A program made the translations under genes and the position numbers. Positions 1 to 7,107 of a stretch of 64,000 nucleotides of DNA are shown piece by piece (position 1 is the first letter of the stretch; every line of letters starts with the position of its first letter). Under the pieces are notes generated by a model. That model was not told where the DNA came from. It saw only the letters and a list, made by a program, of their open reading frames with translations, and did not search any database. Source of the stretch: Flavobacteriales bacterium. Its GTDB lineage: Bacteria > Bacteroidota > Bacteroidia > Flavobacteriales_D > Crocinitomicaceae. The stretch is taken from contig VFKM01000012.1 in assembly GCA_009885545.1 (NCBI GenBank), forward strand, positions 23,667 to 87,666, written 5' to 3'.

Positions 1-183
1 ATCAAATCTCTCAACTGACTCACCATTAATGATGGCAATACGAGGTTTTGATTGACGATCCCTCCAAAACTCAATTGAATTACTTGAAGGAATCTTTTGA
101 TAAAATTTGCCATCAGTCAAATACTCAACTAATTCCATCTGATCGGTGAGCCGCACGATCCTGCCAGGACTCTCGCTCCTCAA
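1..183 (-). CDS. hypothetical protein (N-terminal part; 3' end runs off window)
   Basis: Frame open from stop at 190-192 down to position 1. Candidate starts are TTG 183 (GAGG 4 nt upstream), GTG 156 and ATG 138. Lies downstream of promoter 222-250. Confidence 0.35.
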   Translation of the reverse strand, partial: MRSESPGRIVRLTDQMELVEYLTDGKFYQKIPSSNSIEFWRDRQSKPRIAIINGESVERFD

Positions 184-221
184 GAAACCTCATCCGAGAT
201 TTCTTTTGTCCTGCACCACTT

Positions 222-250
222 ATCCTACTCTATCTTTGTGCTATTATCAA
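222..250 (-). promoter_or_regulatory. sigma70-like promoter (window consensus), leadered
   Basis: -35 TTGATA 245-250, N17, -10 TAGGAT 222-227. Upstream extension is AATCAGTTGATAAT. Confidence 0.6.
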
Positions 251-257
251 CTGATTA

Positions 258-449
258 TTAACTGCACCAGTAAAGAGTCGTCTTTGACTGGGTGTTGGCG
301 ATCTTGACAACAGGGCTCTTGTCAATTCCATATTGCCATTCTCTGCGAAAGAACGCAGATAGTCTATCACTCGGAACCACCTCAGACCTCTGAGCCTGAA
401 ACTGCCCATTCTCATCGTGAAATCCACCAGTTACTAGAACATTATGCAT
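258..449 (-). CDS. hypothetical protein (63 aa)
   Basis: ATG 447-449 is preceded by an AAGGAG SD and promoter 487-515. The competing frame 230..427 has neither. Confidence 0.6.
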   Translation of the reverse strand: MHNVLVTGGFHDENGQFQAQRSEVVPSDRLSAFFRREWQYGIDKSPVVKIANTQSKTTLYWCS

Positions 450-486
450 TTTTGTTATTCTCCTTTGTTTCCCTGTTGACTTACTG

Positions 487-515
487 ATCTTAGTTCATTC
501 GGATTCGATTATCAA
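487..515 (-). promoter_or_regulatory. sigma70-like promoter, leadered
   Basis: -35 TTGATA 510-515, N17, -10 TAAGAT 487-492. The 37-nt leader carries the conserved box CAGTAAGTCAACAGG and an AAGGAG SD. Confidence 0.7.
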
Positions 516-697
516 CTAATTGATTCTGAATCGGTTTCATCTTCGCTGAGAATTTTTAAATCAAAGTTCTTTCTGCATTCAGGAATCTCGCATGAAAAGA
601 AAGTATGCTTAAAATTTCCTGAGCGCATCGCTTTTACAATATTTACTCCTGAGCTGTTTGCTTCTTTACCGCAAGTATCACAAATTTTATTATCCAT
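512..697 (-). CDS. small Cys-rich (putative zinc-binding) protein (61 aa)
   Basis: Contains CDTC...C...C. Its TGA stop lies inside the next promoter's TTGATA. Confidence 0.6.
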   Translation of the reverse strand: MDNKICDTCGKEANSSGVNIVKAMRSGNFKHTFFSCEIPECRKNFDLKILSEDETDSESIS

Positions 698-717
698 AAT
701 TCCTTTTTTAAACTCTG

Positions 718-746
718 ATATTATCTGTTTGTTGTTTAGATATCAA
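718..746 (-). promoter_or_regulatory. sigma70-like promoter, leadered
   Basis: -35 TTGATA 741-746, N17, -10 TAATAT 718-723. The 20-nt leader contains AAAGGAA. Confidence 0.6.
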
Positions 747-803
747 GCAATTTGTTGGTGTGCTATTACGCTAAAGTCGGACCAGAGGTACTTGGTCCGG
801 TAA

Positions 804-1007
804 TTAATCGCTACTGTGATCCAGCGTTTCAGAGAGCTTATCCATTTTTGGGCCAGTTGTACTCTGGTTTCTCTTCAACTCTGTTACGCCAAGGCCAAAT
901 AATTTTATATATTTGGGTCTTACAACCGTTCCAGGTTGCTTTTGATTCATCAAGTCACAGTCTTGTCTCACTCTTATCATGGCTGCTGCTAGGCCCAGTA
1001 CCAACAA
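804..1007 (-). CDS. hypothetical protein (67 aa)
   Basis: TTG start lies 11 nt after an AAGGAA SD; ATG 980 is an alternative start. Downstream of promoter 1026-1054. Confidence 0.45.
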   Translation of the reverse strand: MLVLGLAAAMIRVRQDCDLMNQKQPGTVVRPKYIKLFGLGVTELKRNQSTTGPKMDKLSETLDHSSD

Positions 1008-1025
1008 AATTTCTCTTATTCCTTT

Positions 1026-1054
1026 ATCTTACTCCATCTACTTCCGATTATCAA
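1026..1054 (-). promoter_or_regulatory. sigma70-like promoter, leadered
   Basis: -35 TTGATA 1049-1054, N17, -10 TAAGAT 1026-1031. Confidence 0.65.
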
Positions 1055-1083
1055 CTGAATTATTTCTTTATTTTGAATTCACC

Positions 1084-1104
1084 AGGAGGCTATTGCAGCC
1101 TCCT
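1084..1104 (-). terminator. GC-rich hairpin after 1171..1404
   Basis: 8-bp stem AGGAGGCT/AGCCTCCT with a 5-nt loop. The U-tract is weak. Confidence 0.35.
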
Positions 1105-1170
1105 AAATTCGTGGCAACCACCCAGGTCATTCGTCTCTTTTGGAGAGCTAGATGAGCCGCCTGTACAATT

Positions 1171-1404
1171 CTAAATGATGGTTCCTTTATCTTGTGACAT
1201 GATCTCAAGAATGCGATCCATTGATGCAGCATCAAATCCAATAAGCAGTTTTCGTGCCATCGAAATAAACTTGATTGGAGGAGTACTAGTTGCTGCCTCA
1301 TCAGCATAATAGTTGCATTCGTCTAAAAGACAATATAGTTTCCTTGAAAGTCTCAATTCATTTCTAAATTGTGGAGAATCAGTTTCTGACTGATGGTGGC
1401 GCAT
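1171..1404 (-). CDS. hypothetical protein (77 aa)
   Basis: ATG has an AAGGAA SD 7 nt upstream and follows the stop of 1419..1682. The overlapping frame 1068..1307 lacks an RBS. Confidence 0.6.
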   Translation of the reverse strand: MRHHQSETDSPQFRNELRLSRKLYCLLDECNYYADEAATSTPPIKFISMARKLLIGFDAASMDRILEIMSQDKGTII

Positions 1405-1418
1405 GATATAATTCCTTG

Positions 1419-1682
1419 TTAATAATACATTACTGAATCCATTACCAGAATGAACTCTTCTGCGGTCAGAAGACCTCTCCTGCGATCTCTATTTGCATGA
1501 ATTAGAACTCCTACAACAAAGTTGCTTGCAGTGATTTGATTAGAATTTGCCTTTGTATATTGTTCTAATAGAAGTTTTGCTCTGTGAAAGAGTCTAGCAA
1601 CATCCTCTTTAATTCCAAATTCTTTACAAGAATTATAATAAACAAAGTTTTTATCAGTGCAAAACTCTTTCGGATTGAACAT
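1419..1682 (-). CDS. hypothetical protein (87 aa)
   Basis: Start trimmed to ATG 1680-1682, 7 nt after the -10 of promoter 1690-1718. The track start is the TTG of TTGATA. Confidence 0.65.
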   Translation of the reverse strand: MFNPKEFCTDKNFVYYNSCKEFGIKEDVARLFHRAKLLLEQYTKANSNQITASNFVVGVLIHANRDRRRGLLTAEEFILVMDSVMYY

Positions 1683-1689
1683 GAAATAA

Positions 1690-1718
1690 ACTTTATCAGT
1701 TATCGTATCGATTATCAA
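1690..1718 (-). promoter_or_regulatory. sigma70-like promoter, leaderless configuration
   Basis: -35 TTGATA 1713-1718, N17, -10 TAAAGT 1690-1695, N7, ATG. Confidence 0.65.
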
Positions 1719-1735
1719 CTAATAATATCAACAGT

Positions 1736-2206
1736 TCAGAAGGAGTGTTGTTCCTCTTTGACTGCCTTCAATAGATTATTGATTTGCTCAGTAGTTGCCG
1801 ATAGAAGCCTACCAGCTATATTGATAAAACCAGACTCTAACATGGCTTTCAGACAATCGTACCGATAGCCACAAGAATCTTCCCCATCATCATAGAATCC
1901 AGTGTCAACAAGAATCCTTCCATCAGGAAGCCTTAACATAAAGAAGGTTCCTTCTTTCAGTCTTTGAGTAGCAATTTGATAAGGACCAAATGTCTTAAAC
2001 TCTATTCCTGTAGGAATGTGCAAGTCAAAAGATGGAAATTCGATAATATCAATTCTCTTGCCAGAATCTGTTTCTTTTGTCTCAAGATATAACCATGTTT
2101 TGTATGTATATACCTTGTATGTTACAAAGGATTCTTTGGATTCCTCTCTGATCCAAAAGTGCCCACCATTGTCATCAAAACCAGCACTACTATAACAATA
2201 GCTCAT
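1736..2206 (-). CDS. hypothetical protein (156 aa)
   Basis: ORF track. ATG lies 5 nt after the -10 of promoter 2212-2240. Confidence 0.7.
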   Translation of the reverse strand: MSYCYSSAGFDDNGGHFWIREESKESFVTYKVYTYKTWLYLETKETDSGKRIDIIEFPSFDLHIPTGIEFKTFGPYQIATQRLKEGTFFMLRLPDGRILVDTGFYDDGEDSCGYRYDCLKAMLESGFINIAGRLLSATTEQINNLLKAVKEEQHSF

Positions 2207-2211
2207 GCCCT

Positions 2212-2240
2212 ACTGTATCCTTTCTTGAACTGATTATCAA
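2212..2240 (-). promoter_or_regulatory. sigma70-like promoter, leaderless configuration
   Basis: -35 TTGATA 2235-2240, N17, -10 TACAGT 2212-2217, N5, ATG 2204-2206. Confidence 0.7.
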
Positions 2241-2245
2241 CTGAT

Positions 2246-2539
2246 TCATACCAGTTCTGTTGGCATTGTCATTTCCTTCGTCCAGTATTGCATAAATACT
2301 GAATCATTCTCTGCTTGCATCTTGAGGGCAAGCTCGCACGATTTTTCACTTTGGTCATTGAATGTCCAACCATTGTCCCCCAAAGTTGCATAATCCATAA
2401 TAATAAGACTAGACATCTCTCCAAATAGAATATCAGAAATGTTTGCCAAAGCATCAAATTCTAATTGAGAAATCCAACGAACTTTGGCACAGATCATCAG
2501 AGAAATGAATGAATCGTGCAACCGCTTGTAGTGTTCCAT
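2246..2539 (-). CDS. hypothetical protein (97 aa)
   Basis: ORF track. ATG lies 7 nt after the -10 TAGGAT. Confidence 0.7.
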   Translation of the reverse strand: MEHYKRLHDSFISLMICAKVRWISQLEFDALANISDILFGEMSSLIIMDYATLGDNGWTFNDQSEKSCELALKMQAENDSVFMQYWTKEMTMPTELV

Positions 2540-2546
2540 GAATTAG

Positions 2547-2575
2547 ATCCTAACAGGTTGAAGATTGAATATCAA
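2547..2575 (-). promoter_or_regulatory. sigma70-like promoter, leaderless configuration
   Basis: -35 TTGATA 2570-2575, N17, -10 TAGGAT 2547-2552, N7, ATG 2537-2539. Confidence 0.75.
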
Positions 2576-2581
2576 GTGAAT

Positions 2582-2929
2582 TTAGAACGAATGGAGAACT
2601 TTTGCGGCTGCTTCATGATCTTCTTCAGTTCTACTAGCGATTTCATCAGCAACATAATTTGTAATATGCATATCAAAACTACGAAAAGAATTAATCATTT
2701 CATGATGGACATAAAGCTCTTCCAGTGTAACAGACTCCAATGCTTCTTTGTAAGCGTTTTCTATTGACAGTCCATTTTTGTAAGCATTTATTTTTTTCTC
2801 TGTATCGCGTTCTTGTTGAGCCTCTTTTTGTCTCCACCAATTTAATTGTGCAACCAAATTTAAAAGCTGATTTTCTACTTTCATACTTACGGTTTCTGTA
2901 GATTCAAAGAAAATTTCAATTAAGTTCAT
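2582..2929 (-). CDS. hypothetical protein (115 aa)
   Basis: ORF track. It has no promoter of its own and is probably co-transcribed with the HNH gene upstream. Confidence 0.65.
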   Translation of the reverse strand: MNLIEIFFESTETVSMKVENQLLNLVAQLNWWRQKEAQQERDTEKKINAYKNGLSIENAYKEALESVTLEELYVHHEMINSFRSFDMHITNYVADEIASRTEEDHEAAAKVLHSF

Positions 2930-3020
2930 TAATTTAATTATTGACAGCTCTTCTTTTGTAGGCCATACAAAAATCGAATTTGTACCTGGAGCTTATAAGG
3001 CCCCTGCTCTTACCAATGAG

Positions 3021-3407
3021 CTAATGGCCCAAACTATCAAGAATCTCGTGTTGTTCAGCATGACAATTACAACACAATAATTGGCACTTATCAAGTTCTT
3101 TTTTCACACTATTAAAGTTTCTTGTCAAAAAACCAGAAATCGTAAATTCTTTTTCTAAAGGATTCAAATGGTGAAACACTAAAGCTTTTGGTGATTTATT
3201 GTAGCCACATATTTCACATTTTCCACCTTTATATTCTAGGAATTTTAATTTTGCTGCTCGCCTAGCATGACGATTCATACAAACTTGACAGCAATCAATT
3301 CTATCATTTTTGTGCTTATAAACAAACTGTTTTTTACAAAAATTACAATTTGTTAAAGTTCCAAGTTTTGAAGTTCCAGTTTTTCCGAATTTCAGTCCAC
3401 AAATCAT
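3021..3407 (-). CDS. HNH homing endonuclease
   Basis: Has CxxC pairs plus the HNH core FHHLNP...N...CCNCHAEQH. Confidence 0.85.
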   Translation of the reverse strand: MICGLKFGKTGTSKLGTLTNCNFCKKQFVYKHKNDRIDCCQVCMNRHARRAAKLKFLEYKGGKCEICGYNKSPKALVFHHLNPLEKEFTISGFLTRNFNSVKKELDKCQLLCCNCHAEQHEILDSLGH

Positions 3408-3413
3408 ATTTAG

Positions 3414-3442
3414 ATCCTATCATATTTAGAGTTGATTATCAA
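3414..3442 (-). promoter_or_regulatory. sigma70-like promoter, leaderless configuration
   Basis: -35 TTGATA 3437-3442, N17, -10 TAGGAT 3414-3419, N6, ATG 3405-3407. Confidence 0.75.
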
Positions 3443-3447
3443 CTGAT

Positions 3448-3666
3448 TTATAGTTCAAGAATGCCCTGGAACAATTCTTGCATTTTGGATCGATCAACTG
3501 AATACATTTCACCATATCCATTAAAACGCAAATTGCGAATCCATCCCTTGTGAATAAGGGAGTCCAAATCAGTAAGATTACTCTGAAATTTTCTCCTCAT
3601 AATGGAGGAAAGGAGAAAATCTGAACTAACAAGGTCCATCATCATTTCTACCTGAACTTTATTCAT
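3448..3666 (-). CDS. hypothetical protein (72 aa)
   Basis: ORF track. ATG lies 7 nt after the -10. Confidence 0.65.
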   Translation of the reverse strand: MNKVQVEMMMDLVSSDFLLSSIMRRKFQSNLTDLDSLIHKGWIRNLRFNGYGEMYSVDRSKMQELFQGILEL

Positions 3667-3673
3667 GTTTCAC

Positions 3674-3702
3674 ACCCTATCATGTTCTGAGTTGATTATC
3701 AA
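3674..3702 (-). promoter_or_regulatory. sigma70-like promoter, leaderless configuration
   Basis: -35 TTGATA 3697-3702, N17, -10 TAGGGT 3674-3679, N7, ATG 3664-3666. Confidence 0.7.
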
Positions 3703-4015
3703 TGAATTCCTTGATATATTCGGACGAAGTGACATCTGTATCATACCTAGCAAAATTGTACAAAGCAAAACAATTTTTGCTAGTTTTACCTCCAAACAAA
3801 CTCAAATAATGAGAATGATTTTTTAACAAATCATGCTTTGGATTCTCTTCAACAAGAATACGGATTTCTTTTCGGTATTTATCCGTAGTATCAACTGCAT
3901 CCTGCAAGTACCCAGGAAGCGACTCTGAAGAATACTTGTCTTCAATAACTTTTGAATAATCCTCGATTACAGAATAAGCATCAAGAGCCAAGATTAGCAG
4001 TTCGCCTTTATTCAT
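3680..4015 (-). CDS. hypothetical protein (111 aa)
   Basis: ORF track. Lies 4 nt after the stop of 4020..4316, suggesting an operon. Confidence 0.65.
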   Translation of the reverse strand: MNKGELLILALDAYSVIEDYSKVIEDKYSSESLPGYLQDAVDTTDKYRKEIRILVEENPKHDLLKNHSHYLSLFGGKTSKNCFALYNFARYDTDVTSSEYIKEFIDNQLRT

Positions 4016-4019
4016 GGAT

Positions 4020-4316
4020 TTATCTTTGTTCTTTTTTATGATTACAAAATTGGGGTTTCAGAAGAGCAATTGCTGGAGCCACTGTCGAAGATGTGGTATC
4101 CAGCAATTCCTTGCCGTCATTCTGAATTGAATATGCTATGGTCCTATCCACAAAAAATCCATGAGCCTCACTGAGTTTGTCTGTTACGAAAAACCCAGCA
4201 TGAATTACAAATTCAGATTCTTCATAATGGCAATCAAACCCATGAGCACCTGCCACTACCACTTCTGTATTTGGAGGATATTTTCTAAGTGCCTTTAACA
4301 AATCTTTAAGTTTCAT
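4020..4316 (-). CDS. hypothetical protein (98 aa)
   Basis: Start trimmed to ATG 4314-4316 (MKLKDLL), 6 nt after the -10 TATACT. The track's N-terminal extension reads through the promoter and inverted repeat. Confidence 0.6.
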   Translation of the reverse strand: MKLKDLLKALRKYPPNTEVVVAGAHGFDCHYEESEFVIHAGFFVTDKLSEAHGFFVDRTIAYSIQNDGKELLDTTSSTVAPAIALLKPQFCNHKKEQR

Positions 4317-4322
4317 ACAAAG

Positions 4323-4351
4323 AGTATAACAGATCGATTCTTGAATATCAA
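4323..4351 (-). promoter_or_regulatory. sigma70-like promoter, leaderless configuration
   Basis: -35 TTGATA 4346-4351, N17, -10 TATACT 4323-4328, N6, ATG. No SD-like sequence is present. Confidence 0.7.
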
Positions 4352-4466
4352 CTGATTTGAATGCTTCGACCAGCATCTGAGGTCTTATGGCTTTTTTATA
4401 GTTTATGCCATGACTTGAGCTAGCCTCGTTGGCTACTAAATTCAAATCAGTTGATATTCAAGAATC
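4336..4466. repeat. 27-bp perfect inverted repeat containing the promoter -35 region
   Basis: Arm 4336-4362 is the exact reverse complement of arm 4440-4466, with a 77-nt spacer. The mirrored plus-strand copy has TTGATA 4451-4456 but only a poor -10 (CAGGAC). Confidence 0.9.
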
Positions 4467-5271
4467 AACAATGCAGGACTCTTACGCGATCCTGCTTACG
4501 CTAGCAACCACTAGGACAATTTCCATCCTTTCCTCTGTTGGTTGTCAAAGGAACCTATCTCGTGGAATATAGACGATCAACAGCCACAAGAGGAATCATG
4601 CTCTGTTTCAAGTCTTAGCATGGCCAGAGGTACATATACTTGACTCTACAATATTCTAGTATTGCCCAAGCAAATAGCGTGATCTTCAGGGCTTTGGTTT
4701 AGCCAGCAGCACCGCCACCAAAAGGGGCCTGATTCTTTGGTCGCATGAATATCAGGAATCATCATGCGATCTTTACATTCTGATTGATTTTCTAATTATT
4801 GACTATATTGCAACTGGCCACGTTATAGTAATTTTGATCATCAGAAGCCAAATCTGTGTGGTTCGCCAGCAATCCTCCACCACAAGGGCGCAGTTTTAGT
4901 CGGATCACATGAAAGGAGTCTGCCTATCGCATCCATGTGATTTAACATTCTATCAGAATGATGTTGCACGATTTTCCCTAATGACTGGCCTTGACAGGAA
5001 AAAGATACAACCTGACAGAAGTCCTAGAGGCACCTTACCGATGCCCCATATAGGCGAGCCACACCTATTTGCCGCAGAAATCTCGCTTCCAATTCTTGCA
5101 TGGTGCGATTGAGACACTCAATCACTAGCAAGAACCATTCTGCCGCCCTGTAAAACACAATCAATTTATAAAAAACTCAATTATTTAGTGTTAGAGGTCT
5201 TAGGGGCCAGCACGAATTGGATTTGACATTTTTTATTATTCCTTTTTTGCTATCGCCCATCTGACTTACTG

Positions 5272-5300
5272 ATCTTACTCTATCCTGAACTGATTATCAA
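5272..5300 (-). promoter_or_regulatory. sigma70-like promoter facing an ORF-poor region
   Basis: -35 TTGATA 5295-5300, N17, -10 TAAGAT 5272-5277, followed by CAGTAAGTCAG. No ORF of 60 aa or more lies downstream on the minus strand until 4316. Confidence 0.6.
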
Positions 5301-5324
5301 CTGATTGATTTGGCATCCTATTTG

Positions 5325-5405
5325 CTAGGCAAGAGTTGCCGCCAGAACAGTTCCGACTCCATACCAAGACGCGAAGGCGATTGATAGATAAAACATTGCT
5401 ACCAT
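5325..5405 (-). CDS. hydrophobic micropeptide (26 aa, MVAMFYLSIAFASWYGVGTVLAATLA)
   Basis: Below the ORF-track cutoff. An AAGGAG SD lies 6 nt upstream, and the gene starts 22 nt after the stop of 5428..5508. Confidence 0.35.
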   Translation of the reverse strand: MVAMFYLSIAFASWYGVGTVLAATLA

Positions 5406-5427
5406 GTTTGACTCCTTTTCATCAGAA

Positions 5428-5508
5428 CTATACGAGAGCGATCTTTGCAACTGCAAAGAACAGAGTAACAAATGCCGATGAGATCCACATACTTGCGAAA
5501 ATATCCAT
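5428..5508 (-). CDS. hydrophobic micropeptide (26 aa, MDIFASMWISSAFVTLFFAVAKIALV)
   Basis: Promoter 5533-5561 is followed by a 24-nt leader with an AAGGAG SD. Confidence 0.4.
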   Translation of the reverse strand: MDIFASMWISSAFVTLFFAVAKIALV

Positions 5509-5532
5509 TTTGCGTCTCCTTATCTGTGAGTG

Positions 5533-5561
5533 ATCTTACAGGAACCAAGAAGGAATATCAA
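5533..5561 (-). promoter_or_regulatory. sigma70-like promoter, leadered
   Basis: -35 TTGATA 5556-5561, N17, -10 TAAGAT 5533-5538. Confidence 0.7.
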
Positions 5562-5573
5562 GTGAATTATTTG

Positions 5574-5643
5574 CCTCCCATACAGGAGTTGAACCTGTCG
5601 TGGCTGGTTTAGAAGACCTGCCTGTGCATCCGGCACATGGGAG
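5574..5643 (-). ncRNA. tRNA-like RNA (possible tRNA-Arg UCU with non-canonical D-arm)
   Basis: - Acceptor stem is 7 bp (CTCCCAT/ATGGGAG).
- T-arm is ACAGG-TTCAACT-CCTGT.
- Anticodon loop is CTTCTAA on a 5-bp stem with one A.A mismatch.
- Variable loop is 5 nt.
- The D region is 3 nt short (GTGC-CGGAT-GCAC).
- No encoded CCA.
- Own promoter lies about 46 nt upstream. Confidence 0.4.
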
Positions 5644-5689
5644 TTAAAGAAAGTTATTCTAAACCACAGCATTTATGGTTTATTTCCCA

Positions 5690-5718
5690 ACTATACTTTA
5701 TTGTTCCTGTGATATCAA
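5690..5718 (-). promoter_or_regulatory. sigma70-like promoter upstream of the tRNA-like gene
   Basis: -35 TTGATA 5713-5718, N17, -10 TATAGT 5690-5695. Confidence 0.65.
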
Positions 5719-5730
5719 GTAAATATTCTA

Positions 5731-5841
5731 TTACAGTCCAACAATTGTATAAACAGCCATTGTTCCTGTTCCAATCGCAATTGCTGCAACAGAACAGAAG
5801 AACAAAAACAACAAAAAACTGACTGCTGCTGGTCCGGTCAT
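5731..5841 (-). CDS. hydrophobic micropeptide (36 aa, MTGPAAVSFLLFLFFCSVAAIAIGTGTMAVYTIVGL)
   Basis: Below the track cutoff. ATG lies 6 nt after the -10 of promoter 5848-5876. Confidence 0.4.
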   Translation of the reverse strand: MTGPAAVSFLLFLFFCSVAAIAIGTGTMAVYTIVGL

Positions 5842-5847
5842 GTATTC

Positions 5848-5876
5848 ACTATTACATAACTAGATACCAATATCAA
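5848..5876 (-). promoter_or_regulatory. sigma70-like promoter, leaderless configuration
   Basis: -35 TTGATA 5871-5876, N17, -10 AATAGT 5848-5853 (or TAATAG at N16), N6, ATG 5839-5841. Confidence 0.55.
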
Positions 5877-6014
5877 TTGAATTGTTGACGACTCCTAATA
5901 TCCATCTATTTGTTTTAACATTGCACTGGAGCCCGTTTAAGCCCCGCAAACTCTCCAGATGGACCAGAGCACCAACAAACAATTTGGAAGTCTTGGCGGG
6001 TCTCCTGGTGATTC

Positions 6015-6830
6015 CTAAATGGCATCTTTGAGGACAGGTGCCGCACCATCAAACAAACAATCAATGATATTTGCAATGGTTGACAACTGAGGAACCTGTA
6101 TATTACTGATTCTGGAACGCTCAACAATCAATTCAGGATTCTTCCTGGCATTGTGCCCTAAAGGCAAGGTTTCAATTTCTTCTTTAGAAAAAAGAGTTGA
6201 AACCTTAACTCTTTGGAAGTAAGAGCCTCGTTTGAATGATACAGGATAATCATTCCAATCAATCCCTGCCTCCAAAAGCATCTTACTCTTCAGTTGTTCA
6301 CCATTTAAATCCTGTAATGACCTATGAGAAAACAGTGATCTTGCTGCCATCTGAATAGAATTTTTAGAGGCATCAAGCTCCCTCCAAATGAGGGTGTTAC
6401 AAGCCTCCATTTTAGAAGGCACGTTCCATGCCCTACAATCAAATGTAGGAAACCTGTTGATTCTTTCTGGAAAGAACTCAGGAAGCCTTGAATTAAAATA
6501 CACAGAGGCATCAGCGGCTAGTGAAGAACAGATTTTCTGGACTCTTCCACCAAAATAGGATTGAGACTCTGGATTACAATGTAAAATCAAAGAAATTTCA
6601 TCTGATTGAGTGTATCCAATAATAGCATTGGATACTTTAACAAGTTGCAAGGTAGTTTCCTTCATCAAATTTTGCATTTTGACATCAAAAGGACGATCCA
6701 TTCCTTTTGTAAAAGAACTAAATCCTCTCCCATCTAGACGAATGCAAATTGGCAAGGTTTGGTCAAGGAGTCTGTGGGCCTCAACTCCTTCTAGTTCCTT
6801 CATTCTATCACCAAGAGCGTCTTTGTCCAT
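6015..6830 (-). CDS. Thg1-like protein (tRNA-His guanylyltransferase family, 3'-5' nucleotidyltransferase)
   Basis: Collinear Thg1 motifs: CIRLDGRGFSSF (cf. VRLDGRNFHRF), GYTQSDEISLIL (cf. AYGQSDEYSF) and FDCRAW...IWRELDASKNS (cf. FDGRV...WRQADCHINN). Confidence 0.9.
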   Translation of the reverse strand: MDKDALGDRMKELEGVEAHRLLDQTLPICIRLDGRGFSSFTKGMDRPFDVKMQNLMKETTLQLVKVSNAIIGYTQSDEISLILHCNPESQSYFGGRVQKICSSLAADASVYFNSRLPEFFPERINRFPTFDCRAWNVPSKMEACNTLIWRELDASKNSIQMAARSLFSHRSLQDLNGEQLKSKMLLEAGIDWNDYPVSFKRGSYFQRVKVSTLFSKEEIETLPLGHNARKNPELIVERSRISNIQVPQLSTIANIIDCLFDGAAPVLKDAI

Positions 6831-6835
6831 GACTC

Positions 6836-6864
6836 ATTATAACAAATTTTTGAGACAAACCAAG
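6836..6864 (-). promoter_or_regulatory. extended -10 promoter, leaderless configuration
   Basis: TGT-TATAAT (6836-6844), N5, ATG 6828-6830. The -35 is weak (CTTGGT 6859-6864). Confidence 0.55.
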
Positions 6865-6876
6865 AGAATTCTTGAA

Positions 6877-7047
6877 CTATTCTGTCATCTCTTGGAGCCT
6901 ACTTGCTGCCTCCTCTTCGCTACACCATGTTGAATAACAAAAGCCAGATTCACATCCAAATACTCCCCAACATTCTGTTTGAGTATCAAAATCAACTTCA
7001 AAAGAGAAATCTTTGATCTCGCCCCGGAGTCTGTATTGTGTTTCCAT
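6877..7047 (-). CDS. hypothetical Cys-rich protein (56 aa)
   Basis: Below the track cutoff. ATG 7045-7047 lies 7 nt after the -10 of promoter 7055-7083. Confidence 0.5.
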   Translation of the reverse strand: METQYRLRGEIKDFSFEVDFDTQTECWGVFGCESGFCYSTWCSEEEAASRLQEMTE

Positions 7048-7054
7048 GAGTCAG

Positions 7055-7083
7055 ACTATATCAGTTCAAAGAGGGAATATCAA
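7055..7083 (-). promoter_or_regulatory. sigma70-like promoter, leaderless configuration
   Basis: -35 TTGATA 7078-7083, N17, -10 TATAGT 7055-7060, N7, ATG. Confidence 0.7.
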
Positions 7084-7107
7084 TGAATTATCGGTGCTTT
7101 ATGAGTT

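Noticed and set aside
752-1174. Plus-strand ORFs such as 752..1174, 1584..1868, 3350..3553, 7625..7891 and 12381..12569, which overlap minus-strand genes and often contain DYQLI.
   Set aside because: They run antisense to promoter-supported genes. The DYQLI peptide is simply the translation of the promoter repeat. They have no RBS or promoter of their own.
4020-4445. The 141-aa version of this ORF given in the track.
   Set aside because: The N-terminal 43 codons read through the promoter and one arm of the 27-bp inverted repeat and start at a TTG. An ATG at 4316 sits 6 nt after a TATACT -10.
4451-4479. The mirrored TTGATA copy as a functional plus-strand promoter firing into the ORF-poor segment.
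   Set aside because: The box at the N17 position is CAGGAC, which lacks the T1 and T6 of a -10. It is kept only as the arm of the inverted repeat.
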